Below are positions 1 through 9,529 of a DNA stretch of 64,000 bases, in pieces; the first letter of the stretch is position 1, and each line of letters opens with the position of its first letter. A model generated the notes under the pieces. That model ran no database searches, had not been told where the DNA came from, and was given only the letters and a program-made list of their open reading frames with translations. The position numbers were made by a program, and so were the translations under genes. The stretch is from positions 52,286 through 116,285 of the forward strand of contig JBDTBF010000045.1 of assembly GCA_039924175.1 (NCBI GenBank), given 5' to 3'. The stretch comes from Rhodanobacter sp. (lineage in GTDB: Bacteria; Pseudomonadota; Gammaproteobacteria; Xanthomonadales; Rhodanobacteraceae).

Positions 1-69
1 GGGCTGAAGCCCCGCCTACGACGGTGTCGTGCCCCGCTTCTTTTGTAGGAACTCACTCGTGGGCGATGC
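1..69. repeat. GTAG-type REP elements (one arm at 1-19 on the minus strand; one at 45-69 on the plus strand)
   Basis: 1-19 GGGCTGAAGCCCCGCCTAC is the reverse complement of GTAGGCGGGGCTTCAGCCC. 45-69 reads GTAGGAACTCACTCGTGGGCGATGC. Both have the same GTAG + palindrome layout as the REPs at 57740-57979 and 62067-62140. Confidence 0.7.
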
Positions 70-168
70 CCTTGCTCTGATGCGGCGTGCCGAAAAGTAT
101 CAACGCTAAAACATCATCTATAGGGGCGATGTCTTCGGAATTTTAGACGTCTAAATAGAAATACCCAA

Positions 169-966
169 TCATTCACTTTTTGCCAAGCCAAAAAATGCCT
201 CAGCCGTCGCCGTACTGTTGGCGGCGGTAGTCTCGGCCGATTCCCCGCGGTCGCGGGCGATCTCTTCGCAAATGTGCGCCAGGTACATTGGCTCGTTGCG
301 TCGATGCGGCGGTTGCGGTCGTACCGTTCGTGGCAGCAGATAGGGCGCATCGGTTTCGATCATTAATCGATTGGCGGGTATCTCTTGCACCAACTCGCGC
401 AAGTGGGTGCCGCGGCGTTCGTCGCAGATCCAGCCGGTAATACCAATATGGCAGTCCAGAGCAAGGTAGTCCTGCAAAGCGGCGCGGTTGTCCGTAAAGC
501 AATGCACCACGACGCCCGGAACCTTGTCGCGATAGCGGCGCAACAGGGCGACAAAGTCTTGGTGCGCATCACGCTGATGCAAAAAGAGAGGCTTCTGTAA
601 GTCAGCGGCGATCTGCAATTGCCGCTCGAAAACACGTTGTTGTGTTTCGCGTGGAGAGTAATCGCGGTTGTAATCCAAGCCAGCTTCGCCCACCGCGCGT
701 ACGGCAGGGTTGAGCGCTAACTCGCGCAGAAACACGTCCGTAGCGTCGTCGTAATCTGTGGCGTTGTGGGGGTGCACACCCGCTGTCGCGTAGAGCTGCC
801 CAGGATGGGCAGTTGCCAGCGTCAGCGCTTGCGTGCTGCCTTCTCGCGACGCGCCGGTAACCACCATTCGCGTTACACCGTGCGCGAGCGCACGTTGCAG
901 CACAGCATCCAGGTCGTGTTGAAACGATTCGTGACTGAGGTTCGCGCCGATATCAAGTAGCTGCAT
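169..966 (-). CDS. tatD: TatD family metal-dependent DNase/hydrolase
   Basis: Motifs DIGANL, GVHPH, GEAGLD, LHQR, VHCF and ETDAPYL. Start placed at the ATG at 966 (MQLLDIG). Confidence 0.93.
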   Translation of the reverse strand: MQLLDIGANLSHESFQHDLDAVLQRALAHGVTRMVVTGASREGSTQALTLATAHPGQLYATAGVHPHNATDYDDATDVFLRELALNPAVRAVGEAGLDYNRDYSPRETQQRVFERQLQIAADLQKPLFLHQRDAHQDFVALLRRYRDKVPGVVVHCFTDNRAALQDYLALDCHIGITGWICDERRGTHLRELVQEIPANRLMIETDAPYLLPRTVRPQPPHRRNEPMYLAHICEEIARDRGESAETTAANSTATAEAFFGLAKSE

Positions 967-1365
967 GCGGCGACTGTAGCAAATCGGCAAAGAATGCAAC
1001 ATTTATTGCTATGCGCGGCTTCAACTTGCGCCGCAGCGCACAAAATACGCGTGATCTAGGACGTAAATATTTGCGTTGACTAACGCAAGAAAGTGCTGTT
1101 ACGTTCAATAGACGCTTCATCGCAAGGTGCGAGCGGCGGCGTGGGGGCGCCGTAGGGTGTTAACGCCGCTCTGGTTGGATTCGTGTCGAGCGGTTGTCTT
1201 GGAGCGATCGGGCACGGGAGTTGAGCGGTTGGGTATTTGGCGTTGGGTAGGCGCTGTGAGTGGGAGCAAACGACTAGCAAGGCCGATCGGGCAACTGCCC
1301 GCCGGCGCCGAACTGCGTACGTAGATATGGCGTCACGTATGACGGCTGCAGGTGTGACGGTTGGC

Positions 1366-1381
1366 TGTGAAGTGCGTTACG
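1366..1381. promoter_or_regulatory. Possible CRP/Clp-type site upstream of the peptidase operon
   Basis: TGTGA-agtgcg-TTACG matches TGTGA-N6-TCACA at 8/10 positions, about 95 bp upstream of the ATG at 1476. Confidence 0.3.
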
Positions 1382-1475
1382 TAGGCTATTTCGACTGGGG
1401 ATCGCGGGGTAGGCGAGTTCCAATTTTTTGCAAGGTCGATGAAACGACGTTGCATTCTCGACGGGAGAGGATTTC

Positions 1476-1925
1476 ATGCAGAAGAAAGTCATGGCTCAGG
1501 TACTGGGCTTGGTGCTGGCCGGTGTTTTTGTGACGGGAGCCGCTCAGGCTACCGATCAGAAGGTGACATCCGCGCCGGAAACTGCGGTCTACGTTCAAGG
1601 CGTACAAGTAGCGATTGATCCGGCAACCGGGCATCTGGTTGAGCCCACGGCGGCGCAGCGCACCGCGCTGTCGAAGGCCATGGCGGCGCGGGCTGCCATC
1701 GTCGCGCCGCGCTCAATCGGAACCCCGGCGGTGCCGCGCAATGAAGCCGAGGCTGCCGCGACCCTTCACACGATCAAGCTGAAAAATGGCCGCACAGCGG
1801 TCGGCATGGCGTTACCGGAAAACTTGATGAGCAGTCTTGTGGCCGAGCGTCGCGCGGATGGCAGTTTGAGTATTCATCATCAAGGTGACGACAACGCCGC
1901 CAAGACCGTGGAGGTGACGAAATGA
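1476..1925 (+). CDS. Small secreted protein (149 aa), translationally coupled to the downstream peptidase
   Basis: Signal peptide ending AAQA, VAIDPATGHLVEPT motif, GAGAGG RBS. Its stop overlaps the next start (ATGA, 1922-1925). Confidence 0.8.
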   Translation: MQKKVMAQVLGLVLAGVFVTGAAQATDQKVTSAPETAVYVQGVQVAIDPATGHLVEPTAAQRTALSKAMAARAAIVAPRSIGTPAVPRNEAEAAATLHTIKLKNGRTAVGMALPENLMSSLVAERRADGSLSIHHQGDDNAAKTVEVTK

Positions 1926-3892
1926 TCCGGCGCAGCATGCTTTTTTCTGCCCTTATGGCCGCGGGCCTGTTGGGCGTGGCCAGTTATGCATCGGCCGCGG
2001 ATATCACCATCTCCAACCAAGATGTCGGCACCGGCCAGGGCCTCGATGACCCCACGCCGGCTACGCCGGTAGGTGGCAACCCCGGCACCACGCGCGGCGA
2101 GCAAGCACAAATCGTGTTTCAGTTTGCGGCCGATATTTGGGGTGCTGTGCTGCAAAGCCAGGTACCGGTTACCGTTAGCGCCAGCTTCGCGAAACTTGAC
2201 TGTGACGCGACGTCTGGCGTACTCGGCTCGGCCGGTACGATCAACATCTATGCGTTCAACGCCCCGGTACCGACGGGTGCACTGGCCAACACTTGGTATC
2301 ACTCGGCGTTAGCTGATGCCCTGAATGGTTCGGAGATGGGAGTTGCCGGTGCCGCCGATATTCGTGCGCGTTTCAATGGCGCACTGGGTTCCACTGGTTG
2401 TCTGGAAGGTTCCAATTGGTACTTCGGACTGGATGGCAAACAGCCGGTCGGTTCGATTGATTTCCTGAACGTCGTGCTGCACGAGATGGCTCACGGTCTC
2501 GGCTTCTCCGGGTTCGGCAACGTGTCTACTGGTGTACCGCTACAAAACAGGCAGGACATCTACTCCACGTTTGTTTTCGACGATACCCAGCAAAGCAGCT
2601 GGTACGGGATGAGCGTTGCACAGCGTATCGCGTCGGCCAAAAATGACGGTAACTTGGTGTTTACGGGTAAAAACGTCAAAGAGCAGGCGCCGTTAGCGTT
2701 GGGCAAACCGATGGTGTTGCACATTTCGGCACCGACTGCCGCCGTAGGTGACTACAGCTTCAGCCAGAGCGGAAGTCCGATTCCTGCCACCCCGACCAAT
2801 TTCAGCGGCAGCATCGTCGTTGCCGTGACTGGCGTTAACAATGAAGGCTGCGCGCCGTTTGATAACGCCGTTGCAGTAACCGGCCATGTCGTGCTGATTG
2901 ATCGCGGTACCTGCGCGTTTGACGTCAAGGCAACCAACGCGATTGCGGCGGGTGCAAGCGGTGTGATCATTGCCAACAACGCGGCGGGTACGATCGTGCC
3001 TGCCATCACGGTGAACATGCCGGTGATCTCAGTCACCCAGGCTGTCGGCACCACGTTTAAGGCGAACCGGGCTGGTCTGACTGGTGCCCTTGCGCTCGGT
3101 ACGGGCATAGCGGGTGCCGATGCCGATGGCAATGTGCAGTTGTACGCACCAACGACCGTAGCGCCGGGTTCGTCGTTCTCGCATTACGACACGCGACTGA
3201 CCCCCAACGCGATCATGGAATACGCCATTAGCGCGGATCTGGCCGGTCAAATTGACCTGGATCTGACCCCGGCACTGTTCCAAGACGAGGGCTGGGTGAT
3301 CAATTCAAGTGCTCAATCACTGTTGGATTGCAACACCACGATCCCGACTTGGGTACCCGGCGGCGTTGTCATTGGTGCCAATGTGATTGCCAACGCGAAG
3401 ATCATTGCCGACGTGTCTCCGGCCGTGGGCGACTATCGAACCGGGGTGCGTAATTACGCGGCCACTCTAGCCACTGACAATCTTGTCACCAGCGGCCAGG
3501 CTACTGCGCTCAACGCTTGCCTTAATGATGCCGAGACATTGAAGCAATGGAAGGCGTGGAGTTCGTTCGCCCCGGTCGACATTGCTGTTGGCGTTCCAGC
3601 TTCTGGTCAGTCCGGCAAGGCGCAGAACAGCAAGGTTTACACGCTGGTAGTGCCGGCGGGTGCGTTGGCGTTGAGCCTGCGTTCCTTGGGTGGCACCGGC
3701 GACGTGTCGATGTACGTCAAGGTCGGTTCGGCCGCCACGCCGACTACCTATACCTGGAAGTCCGTACACCCACGTACCAACAGCGAAACGGTTTCGATTA
3801 GCCGCCCAGCAGCAGGTACGTACTACGTCACGATCGTCGGTGAAACCGACTACACAGGTGTCACGGTGCTCGGTTCCTTCAGGGCGCTGTAA
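1922..3892 (+). CDS. Secreted zinc metallopeptidase with inserted PA domain and C-terminal PPC domain
   Basis: Signal peptide, HEMAHGLGF zinc motif, PA domain (GC...LIDRGTCAFDVKATNAIAAGASGVIIANN), SHYD, and C-terminal PPC (GGTGDVSMYVK...PAAGTYYV). Confidence 0.88.
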   Translation: MIRRSMLFSALMAAGLLGVASYASAADITISNQDVGTGQGLDDPTPATPVGGNPGTTRGEQAQIVFQFAADIWGAVLQSQVPVTVSASFAKLDCDATSGVLGSAGTINIYAFNAPVPTGALANTWYHSALADALNGSEMGVAGAADIRARFNGALGSTGCLEGSNWYFGLDGKQPVGSIDFLNVVLHEMAHGLGFSGFGNVSTGVPLQNRQDIYSTFVFDDTQQSSWYGMSVAQRIASAKNDGNLVFTGKNVKEQAPLALGKPMVLHISAPTAAVGDYSFSQSGSPIPATPTNFSGSIVVAVTGVNNEGCAPFDNAVAVTGHVVLIDRGTCAFDVKATNAIAAGASGVIIANNAAGTIVPAITVNMPVISVTQAVGTTFKANRAGLTGALALGTGIAGADADGNVQLYAPTTVAPGSSFSHYDTRLTPNAIMEYAISADLAGQIDLDLTPALFQDEGWVINSSAQSLLDCNTTIPTWVPGGVVIGANVIANAKIIADVSPAVGDYRTGVRNYAATLATDNLVTSGQATALNACLNDAETLKQWKAWSSFAPVDIAVGVPASGQSGKAQNSKVYTLVVPAGALALSLRSLGGTGDVSMYVKVGSAATPTTYTWKSVHPRTNSETVSISRPAAGTYYVTIVGETDYTGVTVLGSFRAL

Positions 3893-3918
3893 GGCAATGC
3901 CGTAGGGATGTGAAAGCC

Positions 3919-3962
3919 ATCAGCACAGGAATCGTCATGATTTGACGGCTCCTGTGCTGGTG
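3919..3962 (+). terminator. Long hairpin after the peptidase (terminator or stabilizer)
   Basis: CAGCACAGGA-atcgtca...tgacggc-TCCTGTGCTG inverted repeat with no strong U-tract. Confidence 0.45.
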
Positions 3963-4267
3963 CGCAACTTATCAGCGTTATTTGGGCATTCGCGGACGTA
4001 ACACGGTGACGCTCTATGGCAGCACCGCTGTCCAGTGACACAAGGGCGATTTGAGCAACTTACAAGTGAGGCCATCCGAAAGCAGCTGACGATGGTTTGA
4101 GGGGAGTTTCTGTCTGTTTTGGCATCAATTGTGCGCGACATCGCCGTCGCAGCTAGAAGCACATCGCAGAAATTGGTTGCATCGCGGATTTCAGAATTAT
4201 TGGGCCTTCCTGCAAGGGGATGCGCTACCAGAACGTCCAACTTGATGGTTATTAAACGGGGCAAATC

Positions 4268-7200
4268 ATGAATAAAATTTATAGCAAGGTATGGAATAAG
4301 TCGCTCGGTATGCTGGTAGTGGCGTCAGAACTGGCGTCAGCTAACGGAAAAGGCGGCAGCAGCAAGCGTCTACGCGCCGCTTCGGCAAGCCTTGCTGTAG
4401 GTTTGATGATGGTAGGCGGCGTGGGTGTGCTCACCCTTGCGCCAGTGGGTACTGCGTCGGCAGCGACGGCACCGAATTTCTGCCTTCTTGGCAACGGCGG
4501 CACCATGACCGTCTCCGGAGATGGCGCGTTTGTATGTGGTTACGGGGCCACAGCAAACGCTGATAACGCGACAGCAATCGGCACAAACGCCACGGCGACA
4601 GCGGACAGCAGTACGGTAGTGGGCGCTTTCGCGGCGGCTTCAGGGGCCTCCGGCACGGCCCTCGGCAGTGGCAGTTCCGCCGTCGGCCTCGGCTCGGTCA
4701 GCGTGGGTTCGGCCAGCACGGCCATTGGCTACGGCGGTACTTCGCTGGGTTACGGGGCGAACGGAAACGGCGATTTTTCGTTGGCAGCGGGCGCGCAGGC
4801 GACTGCCTCCGCCGATAGCAGCGTAGCGTTGGGCCGAACCAGCTTCGTTACTAGCCTTGCCACCAATAGCGTTGCGTTGGGTGCCAATTCAGTGGCCAGT
4901 GAGGCCAACACTGTATCGGTGGGCAACGACGCCTTGACCCAAGGCACACTAAATCAGCGCCGGATCGTAAACGTGGCCGATGGCACCGCCGCCACCGATG
5001 CGGCCACTTTTGGTCAGTTGTCCGCGTTGACTGCCGATGTGACGGCGGCATCTCATTTCCTGGCCGCCGATGGTGCTATCGACGGCACTGAAGATGCCTT
5101 GGCCTTGGGTGTTCACTCCACGGCGGCCGGCGCGACCAGTTTCGCTCTTGGTGATGAAAGCTCAGCCTACGGCGCTCAGTCAGAAGCCAATGGTAATTTC
5201 AGCACGGCGTTAGGTGCCAGCAGCGTGGCGCTATCCGATGGTGCAACGGCAGTGGGTTGGGGCGCTGGCGCATTGGGCCTCAACAGCACCGTCGTCGGCT
5301 ATAGCGGTTCGGCGTTAGGTGACAACAGCACGGCTACGGGTGCGTTCGCTCAGGCCGTAGGCAATGACAGCACCGCTACTGGCGGCTCCAGCGTGGCGGC
5401 TGCCGATGGTGCCTCGGCGTATGGCAGCGGCGCTCTGGCAAACGGGGCGAACAGCACAGCGAACGGCACCCGTGCTGCAGCCATGGGCGACGAGTCGCTG
5501 GCGTCTGGTTACGCCGCGACGGCCGGTAGTCTCTCGGTAGCCGTGGGGGCAGAGAGCGTTGCCACCGGCGATGAGTCGGTGGCAACCGGCTACGTGTCGT
5601 CTGCGACCGGCCTTGGTGCCAGCGCGTTTGGTGCTGAGACTGTCGCCAGCGGCGACTTTTCCACGGCGCTCGGGGTTGTAGCTAACGCAACAGGTGATAG
5701 CGCTACGGCTGTCGGTGCGTTCGCACTGGCCGCGGGCGCAAGTAGTATCGCGGTGGGCGACAGCAGCGTTGCCGCCGGTGACAATTCAGTAGCAGTCGGC
5801 GATAGCTCGGTCGCCGCAGGTCAACTTTCCACCGCGATAGGCGCGAGTGCGGAGGCGCAGAATATCGGTGCAACTAGTGTCGGTGCCCTAAGTGTTGCCA
5901 GTGGTGCCTTAAGTGCAGCGTTTGGCGTTGGCGCGGCAGCGACGGGTGATTACGCGTTGGCAGCAGGTATTGGCGCCGCAGCCAATGGAGCAAGCAGCGT
6001 GGCACTGGGCGACAGCAGCACGGCCGATGCCGATGGCAGCGTCGCCTTGGGTGCCAGCTCGGTGGCTGATCGCGATAACACGGTGTCGGTGGGCAGCGTT
6101 GGTGCCGAGCGGCAGATCACTAACGTGGCCGAAGGTACTGCCGGCACCGATGCGGTGAACAAGGATCAGTTGGATGCCTTGGCGAGCAGTACGGCGACAA
6201 CAACACATTTGTTTGCGGCTGACGGTGCGGTCGATGGCAGTGAAGATGCGTTGGCCTTGGGTGTTCATTCCACGGCGGCCGGCGCGACCAGCTTTGCTCT
6301 TGGTGATGAAAGCTCAGCCTACGGCGCTCAGTCAGAAGCCGATGGTAATTTCAGCACGGCGTTAGGTGCCAGCAGCGTGGCGCTATCCGATGGTGCAACG
6401 GCGGTGGGTTGGGGTGCCGGCGCGCTAGGTCTCAACAGCACCGTCGTCGGCTATAGCGGCGCGGCTTCGGGTGACAACAGCGTGGCGATGGGTGCCTTTG
6501 CCCAGGCCGTCGGTACGGACAGCACGGCGACCGGCAGCAACAGCGTGGCGCTGGGCGATGAGAGCGTGGCAACTGGTGCCAATAGCTTGGCCAGCGGCGC
6601 TGCCAGCACGGCGAACGGTGCCCGCGCACTAGCGTCGGGCGACAACAGCTCGGCCTACGGTGCCGGTGCCACGGCGAGTGGCACCGAAAGCGTCGCCATC
6701 GGTGGCGCGGCGTCGACGACATTGACCGATAACAACGGCGATCCGCTGACCTATTCGGCAACGAGTGCCGGTCAAGGTGGCACGGCGGTAGGTGCCAGCG
6801 CTCTCGCTAGTGGTCTGGCGGCTTCGGCCGTAGGCATTGGTGCTGAAGCGGATGGCAGTGAGGCGACCGCGCTGGGCGCGTTGGCGTTTGCCGCTGGCGA
6901 CTTCGCCACCGCGGTGGGTGCGGAGAGTGTCGCCATTGGTGATCTCTCAACGGCGTTAGGCGGGCAAAGCGCAGCCGTTGGCGACTACTCACTGGCGGCT
7001 GGGGCGCTGGCGGCCGCCTCAGGCATATTTAGCGTGTCGTTGGGAGTGGCGTCGGCGGCGGACGGCAGCTATTCCACCGCAGTCGGAGCGTTTGCGTCTG
7101 CTGGCGGCGAGAGCAGCTTGGCGCTGGGTGAGAGCAGCTCGGCCGATGCCGATGGCAGCGTCGCCTTGGGTGCCAGCTCGGTGGCTGATCGCGATAACAC

Positions 7201-9349
7201 GGTGTCGGTGGGCAGCGTTGGTGCCGAGCGCCAGATTACTAACGTGGCAGCCGGTACTGCCGGCACGGATGCGGTGAACAAGGATCAGTTGGATGCCTTG
7301 GCGAGCAGTACGGCGACAACAACACATTTGTTTGCGGCTGACGGTGCGGTCGATGGCAGTGAGGATGCCTTGGCCTTGGGTGTTCATTCCACGGCGGCCG
7401 GCGCGACCAGCTTTGCTCTTGGTGATGAAAGCTCAGCCTACGGCGCTCAGTCAGAAGCCGATGGTAATTTCAGCACGGCCTTAGGTGCCAGCAGCGTGGC
7501 GCTGTCCGATGGTGCCACGGCCGTAGGTTGGGGCGCTGGTGCATTGGGCCTCAACAGCACCGTCGTCGGCTATAGCGGCGCGGCTTTGGGTGACAACAGC
7601 GTGGCGATGGGTGCCTTTGCGCAAGCTAACGGGATCGCCAGCACGGCGATGGGAAGCGCAGCGGCAGCACTCGGCAACAACACCACGGCAACAGGCTCCA
7701 ACGCTTCCGCGGTGGGCGACAACGGCTCAGCATATGGAGCCGGTGCCAAGGCCACCGGTGTTGACAGTGTGGCTGTTGGTGGCGAAGCGACCAACGTACT
7801 GAGCGGTACGACGGGATCAGCAACCGCCGCTGATGGTGGTACGGCCATCGGTGCCAGTGCGATCGCCGGCCAGTACGCGTCGGCTGTCGGCGTTGGTGCT
7901 GAAGCGGATGGCTCGGAGTCAACAGCAGTGGGTGCTTTGGCTCTCGCATCTGGTGACCTGTCGACCGCACTTGGTGCAGAAAGCGTGGCGACTGGCGCGG
8001 AGTCGACAGCTTCAGGCTATCTGGCTAACGCCACGGCTGATGCGAGCAGCGCGTTCGGCGCAGAAAGTGTTGCTAGCGGCATTGCTAGTACGGCTGCAGG
8101 TTATGCCGCGTCAGCAGTGGGTAATTTCTCCTTCGCGGCAGGCTATGCAGCAGTAGCCAGTGGGGTGAGTAGCGTGGCCGTCGGGGCCGGCAGCGTGGCC
8201 AATGCTGATGGCAGCGTAGCGTTGGGCGCAGGCTCGGTGGCTGATCGCGCTAACACCGTATCGGTGGGTAAAGCGGGTGCCGAACGACAGATCACCAATG
8301 TGGCGGAGGGTACGGCAGCTACGGATGCGGTGAACATGTCACAACTGAGCACGGTCATTGGTAGCGTGAACACCCAGGTGGATACCAATACGAATGCCAT
8401 TGCCGGCAATACCGCAGCTATTGGTGCGCTGGATGGTCGGGTTGGCAGTATCGAAGGTCAGATTGGTGATTTGCAGGCAAGTACCGCAGACCTCGGTGCG
8501 ATCGCGGTTGATACCGTCGGTGACGGCAGCGATGACGCTTCCGTGGCCGCCGGCTCGCGCGGTGTGGCGATTGGTTCCAATGCGAAAGTCGGCGGTGTGA
8601 ATGGAACGGCGGTAGGCGGCAACAGTTACGCAGCCGGTCCGAACGACACCGCGCTGGGTGGTAATGCCAAAGTGAACGCCGACGGCAGTACCGCGGTGGG
8701 TGCCAATGCCACCATCGCCGTGGCGGCGACTAACGCCGTGGCGGTGGGCGAAGGCACCTCAGTGACGGCGGCGTCTGGTACTGCGTTGGGGCAGGGCAGT
8801 TCGGTTACCGCGGCTGGGGCCGTTGCGCTGGGGCAAGGGTCGGTCGCTGATCGCGCCAATACGGTCTCGGTGGGTACGACGACGGCCACGCGGCAGGTCA
8901 CCAATGTCGCGGCCGGCACGCAGGCGACCGATGCGGCCAATACGGCGCAAGTTAACGACGCCTTGGCTACCGCAAAAACCTACTCGGACGCCGCTGACGT
9001 GAAAACCTTGGGCCAGGCGAAGGCGTACACCGATACCAAGTTCGGTAGTTTCGTCGGTGCATCGGACTTCGAAAACTTCCGTCGCAATGTGGACGACCGC
9101 TTCCACCGGGTCGACCAGCGGATCGACCGAGTCGGTGCGATGGGCGCGGCGATGGCGCAAATGGCGTTCAGTACGCAAGGTGTCGATAAGGATAATCGTC
9201 TTGGCGTCGGTGTTGGTCAGTTTGGTGACCGGGCGGCGTTGGCGGTGGGTTACTCAACCCGCATTGCACCCAGTGCAAATCTCACCTTTGGCGCCTCTGC
9301 CAGTGGTAGTGAGCACAGCGCGGGTGTAGGTGTTGGCTTTGGCTGGTAA
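4268..9349 (+). CDS. Trimeric autotransporter adhesin (YadA/XadA-like) with ESPR signal peptide
   Basis: MNKIYSKVWNKSLGMLVVASEL ESPR, many 14-aa YadA head repeats (A.G..S.A.G), five neck motifs (VSVG...RQITNVA.GT..TDAVN), coiled stalk, and a YadA anchor ending GVGFGW. Confidence 0.95.
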   Translation: MNKIYSKVWNKSLGMLVVASELASANGKGGSSKRLRAASASLAVGLMMVGGVGVLTLAPVGTASAATAPNFCLLGNGGTMTVSGDGAFVCGYGATANADNATAIGTNATATADSSTVVGAFAAASGASGTALGSGSSAVGLGSVSVGSASTAIGYGGTSLGYGANGNGDFSLAAGAQATASADSSVALGRTSFVTSLATNSVALGANSVASEANTVSVGNDALTQGTLNQRRIVNVADGTAATDAATFGQLSALTADVTAASHFLAADGAIDGTEDALALGVHSTAAGATSFALGDESSAYGAQSEANGNFSTALGASSVALSDGATAVGWGAGALGLNSTVVGYSGSALGDNSTATGAFAQAVGNDSTATGGSSVAAADGASAYGSGALANGANSTANGTRAAAMGDESLASGYAATAGSLSVAVGAESVATGDESVATGYVSSATGLGASAFGAETVASGDFSTALGVVANATGDSATAVGAFALAAGASSIAVGDSSVAAGDNSVAVGDSSVAAGQLSTAIGASAEAQNIGATSVGALSVASGALSAAFGVGAAATGDYALAAGIGAAANGASSVALGDSSTADADGSVALGASSVADRDNTVSVGSVGAERQITNVAEGTAGTDAVNKDQLDALASSTATTTHLFAADGAVDGSEDALALGVHSTAAGATSFALGDESSAYGAQSEADGNFSTALGASSVALSDGATAVGWGAGALGLNSTVVGYSGAASGDNSVAMGAFAQAVGTDSTATGSNSVALGDESVATGANSLASGAASTANGARALASGDNSSAYGAGATASGTESVAIGGAASTTLTDNNGDPLTYSATSAGQGGTAVGASALASGLAASAVGIGAEADGSEATALGALAFAAGDFATAVGAESVAIGDLSTALGGQSAAVGDYSLAAGALAAASGIFSVSLGVASAADGSYSTAVGAFASAGGESSLALGESSSADADGSVALGASSVADRDNTVSVGSVGAERQITNVAAGTAGTDAVNKDQLDALASSTATTTHLFAADGAVDGSEDALALGVHSTAAGATSFALGDESSAYGAQSEADGNFSTALGASSVALSDGATAVGWGAGALGLNSTVVGYSGAALGDNSVAMGAFAQANGIASTAMGSAAAALGNNTTATGSNASAVGDNGSAYGAGAKATGVDSVAVGGEATNVLSGTTGSATAADGGTAIGASAIAGQYASAVGVGAEADGSESTAVGALALASGDLSTALGAESVATGAESTASGYLANATADASSAFGAESVASGIASTAAGYAASAVGNFSFAAGYAAVASGVSSVAVGAGSVANADGSVALGAGSVADRANTVSVGKAGAERQITNVAEGTAATDAVNMSQLSTVIGSVNTQVDTNTNAIAGNTAAIGALDGRVGSIEGQIGDLQASTADLGAIAVDTVGDGSDDASVAAGSRGVAIGSNAKVGGVNGTAVGGNSYAAGPNDTALGGNAKVNADGSTAVGANATIAVAATNAVAVGEGTSVTAASGTALGQGSSVTAAGAVALGQGSVADRANTVSVGTTTATRQVTNVAAGTQATDAANTAQVNDALATAKTYSDAADVKTLGQAKAYTDTKFGSFVGASDFENFRRNVDDRFHRVDQRIDRVGAMGAAMAQMAFSTQGVDKDNRLGVGVGQFGDRAALAVGYSTRIAPSANLTFGASASGSEHSAGVGVGFGW
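6021..7620 (+). repeat. Near-identical intragenic duplication in the adhesin (6021-6501 and 7140-7620; partial third copy 5089-5308)
   Basis: Direct nucleotide match at offset 1119 bp (373 codons). The third copy is at offset 1152 bp (384 codons). Confidence 0.9.
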
Positions 9350-9379
9350 ACACCGCAAGGCGTTGTTCTGAGGTATATG

Positions 9380-9408
9380 ACCGGCGCTCGTAAGGGCGCC
9401 GGTTTTTT
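9380..9408 (+). terminator. Rho-independent terminator of the adhesin gene
   Basis: ACCGGCGCTC-gtaa-GGGCGCCGGT followed by a T-tract. Confidence 0.88.
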
Positions 9409-9529
9409 ATTGCGTTGGTGTGATTGCCAAACAACACTCGCCCAAGGCAGCGGTAGTGTGATACCAAAGAACATTGCTGTTTTGCCTCGCGGCTTGGCGG
9501 CACGAATAAAGTATTGAACGGGGTGAGTG

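Noticed and set aside
3960-4267. Possible c-di-GMP riboswitch upstream of the adhesin (CCATCCGAAAG...GATGG)
   Set aside because: It lacks the GGCAAAC...GAAA...GACGCAAAGC pattern and second stem of c-di-GMP-I. An Infernal/Rfam scan would settle it.
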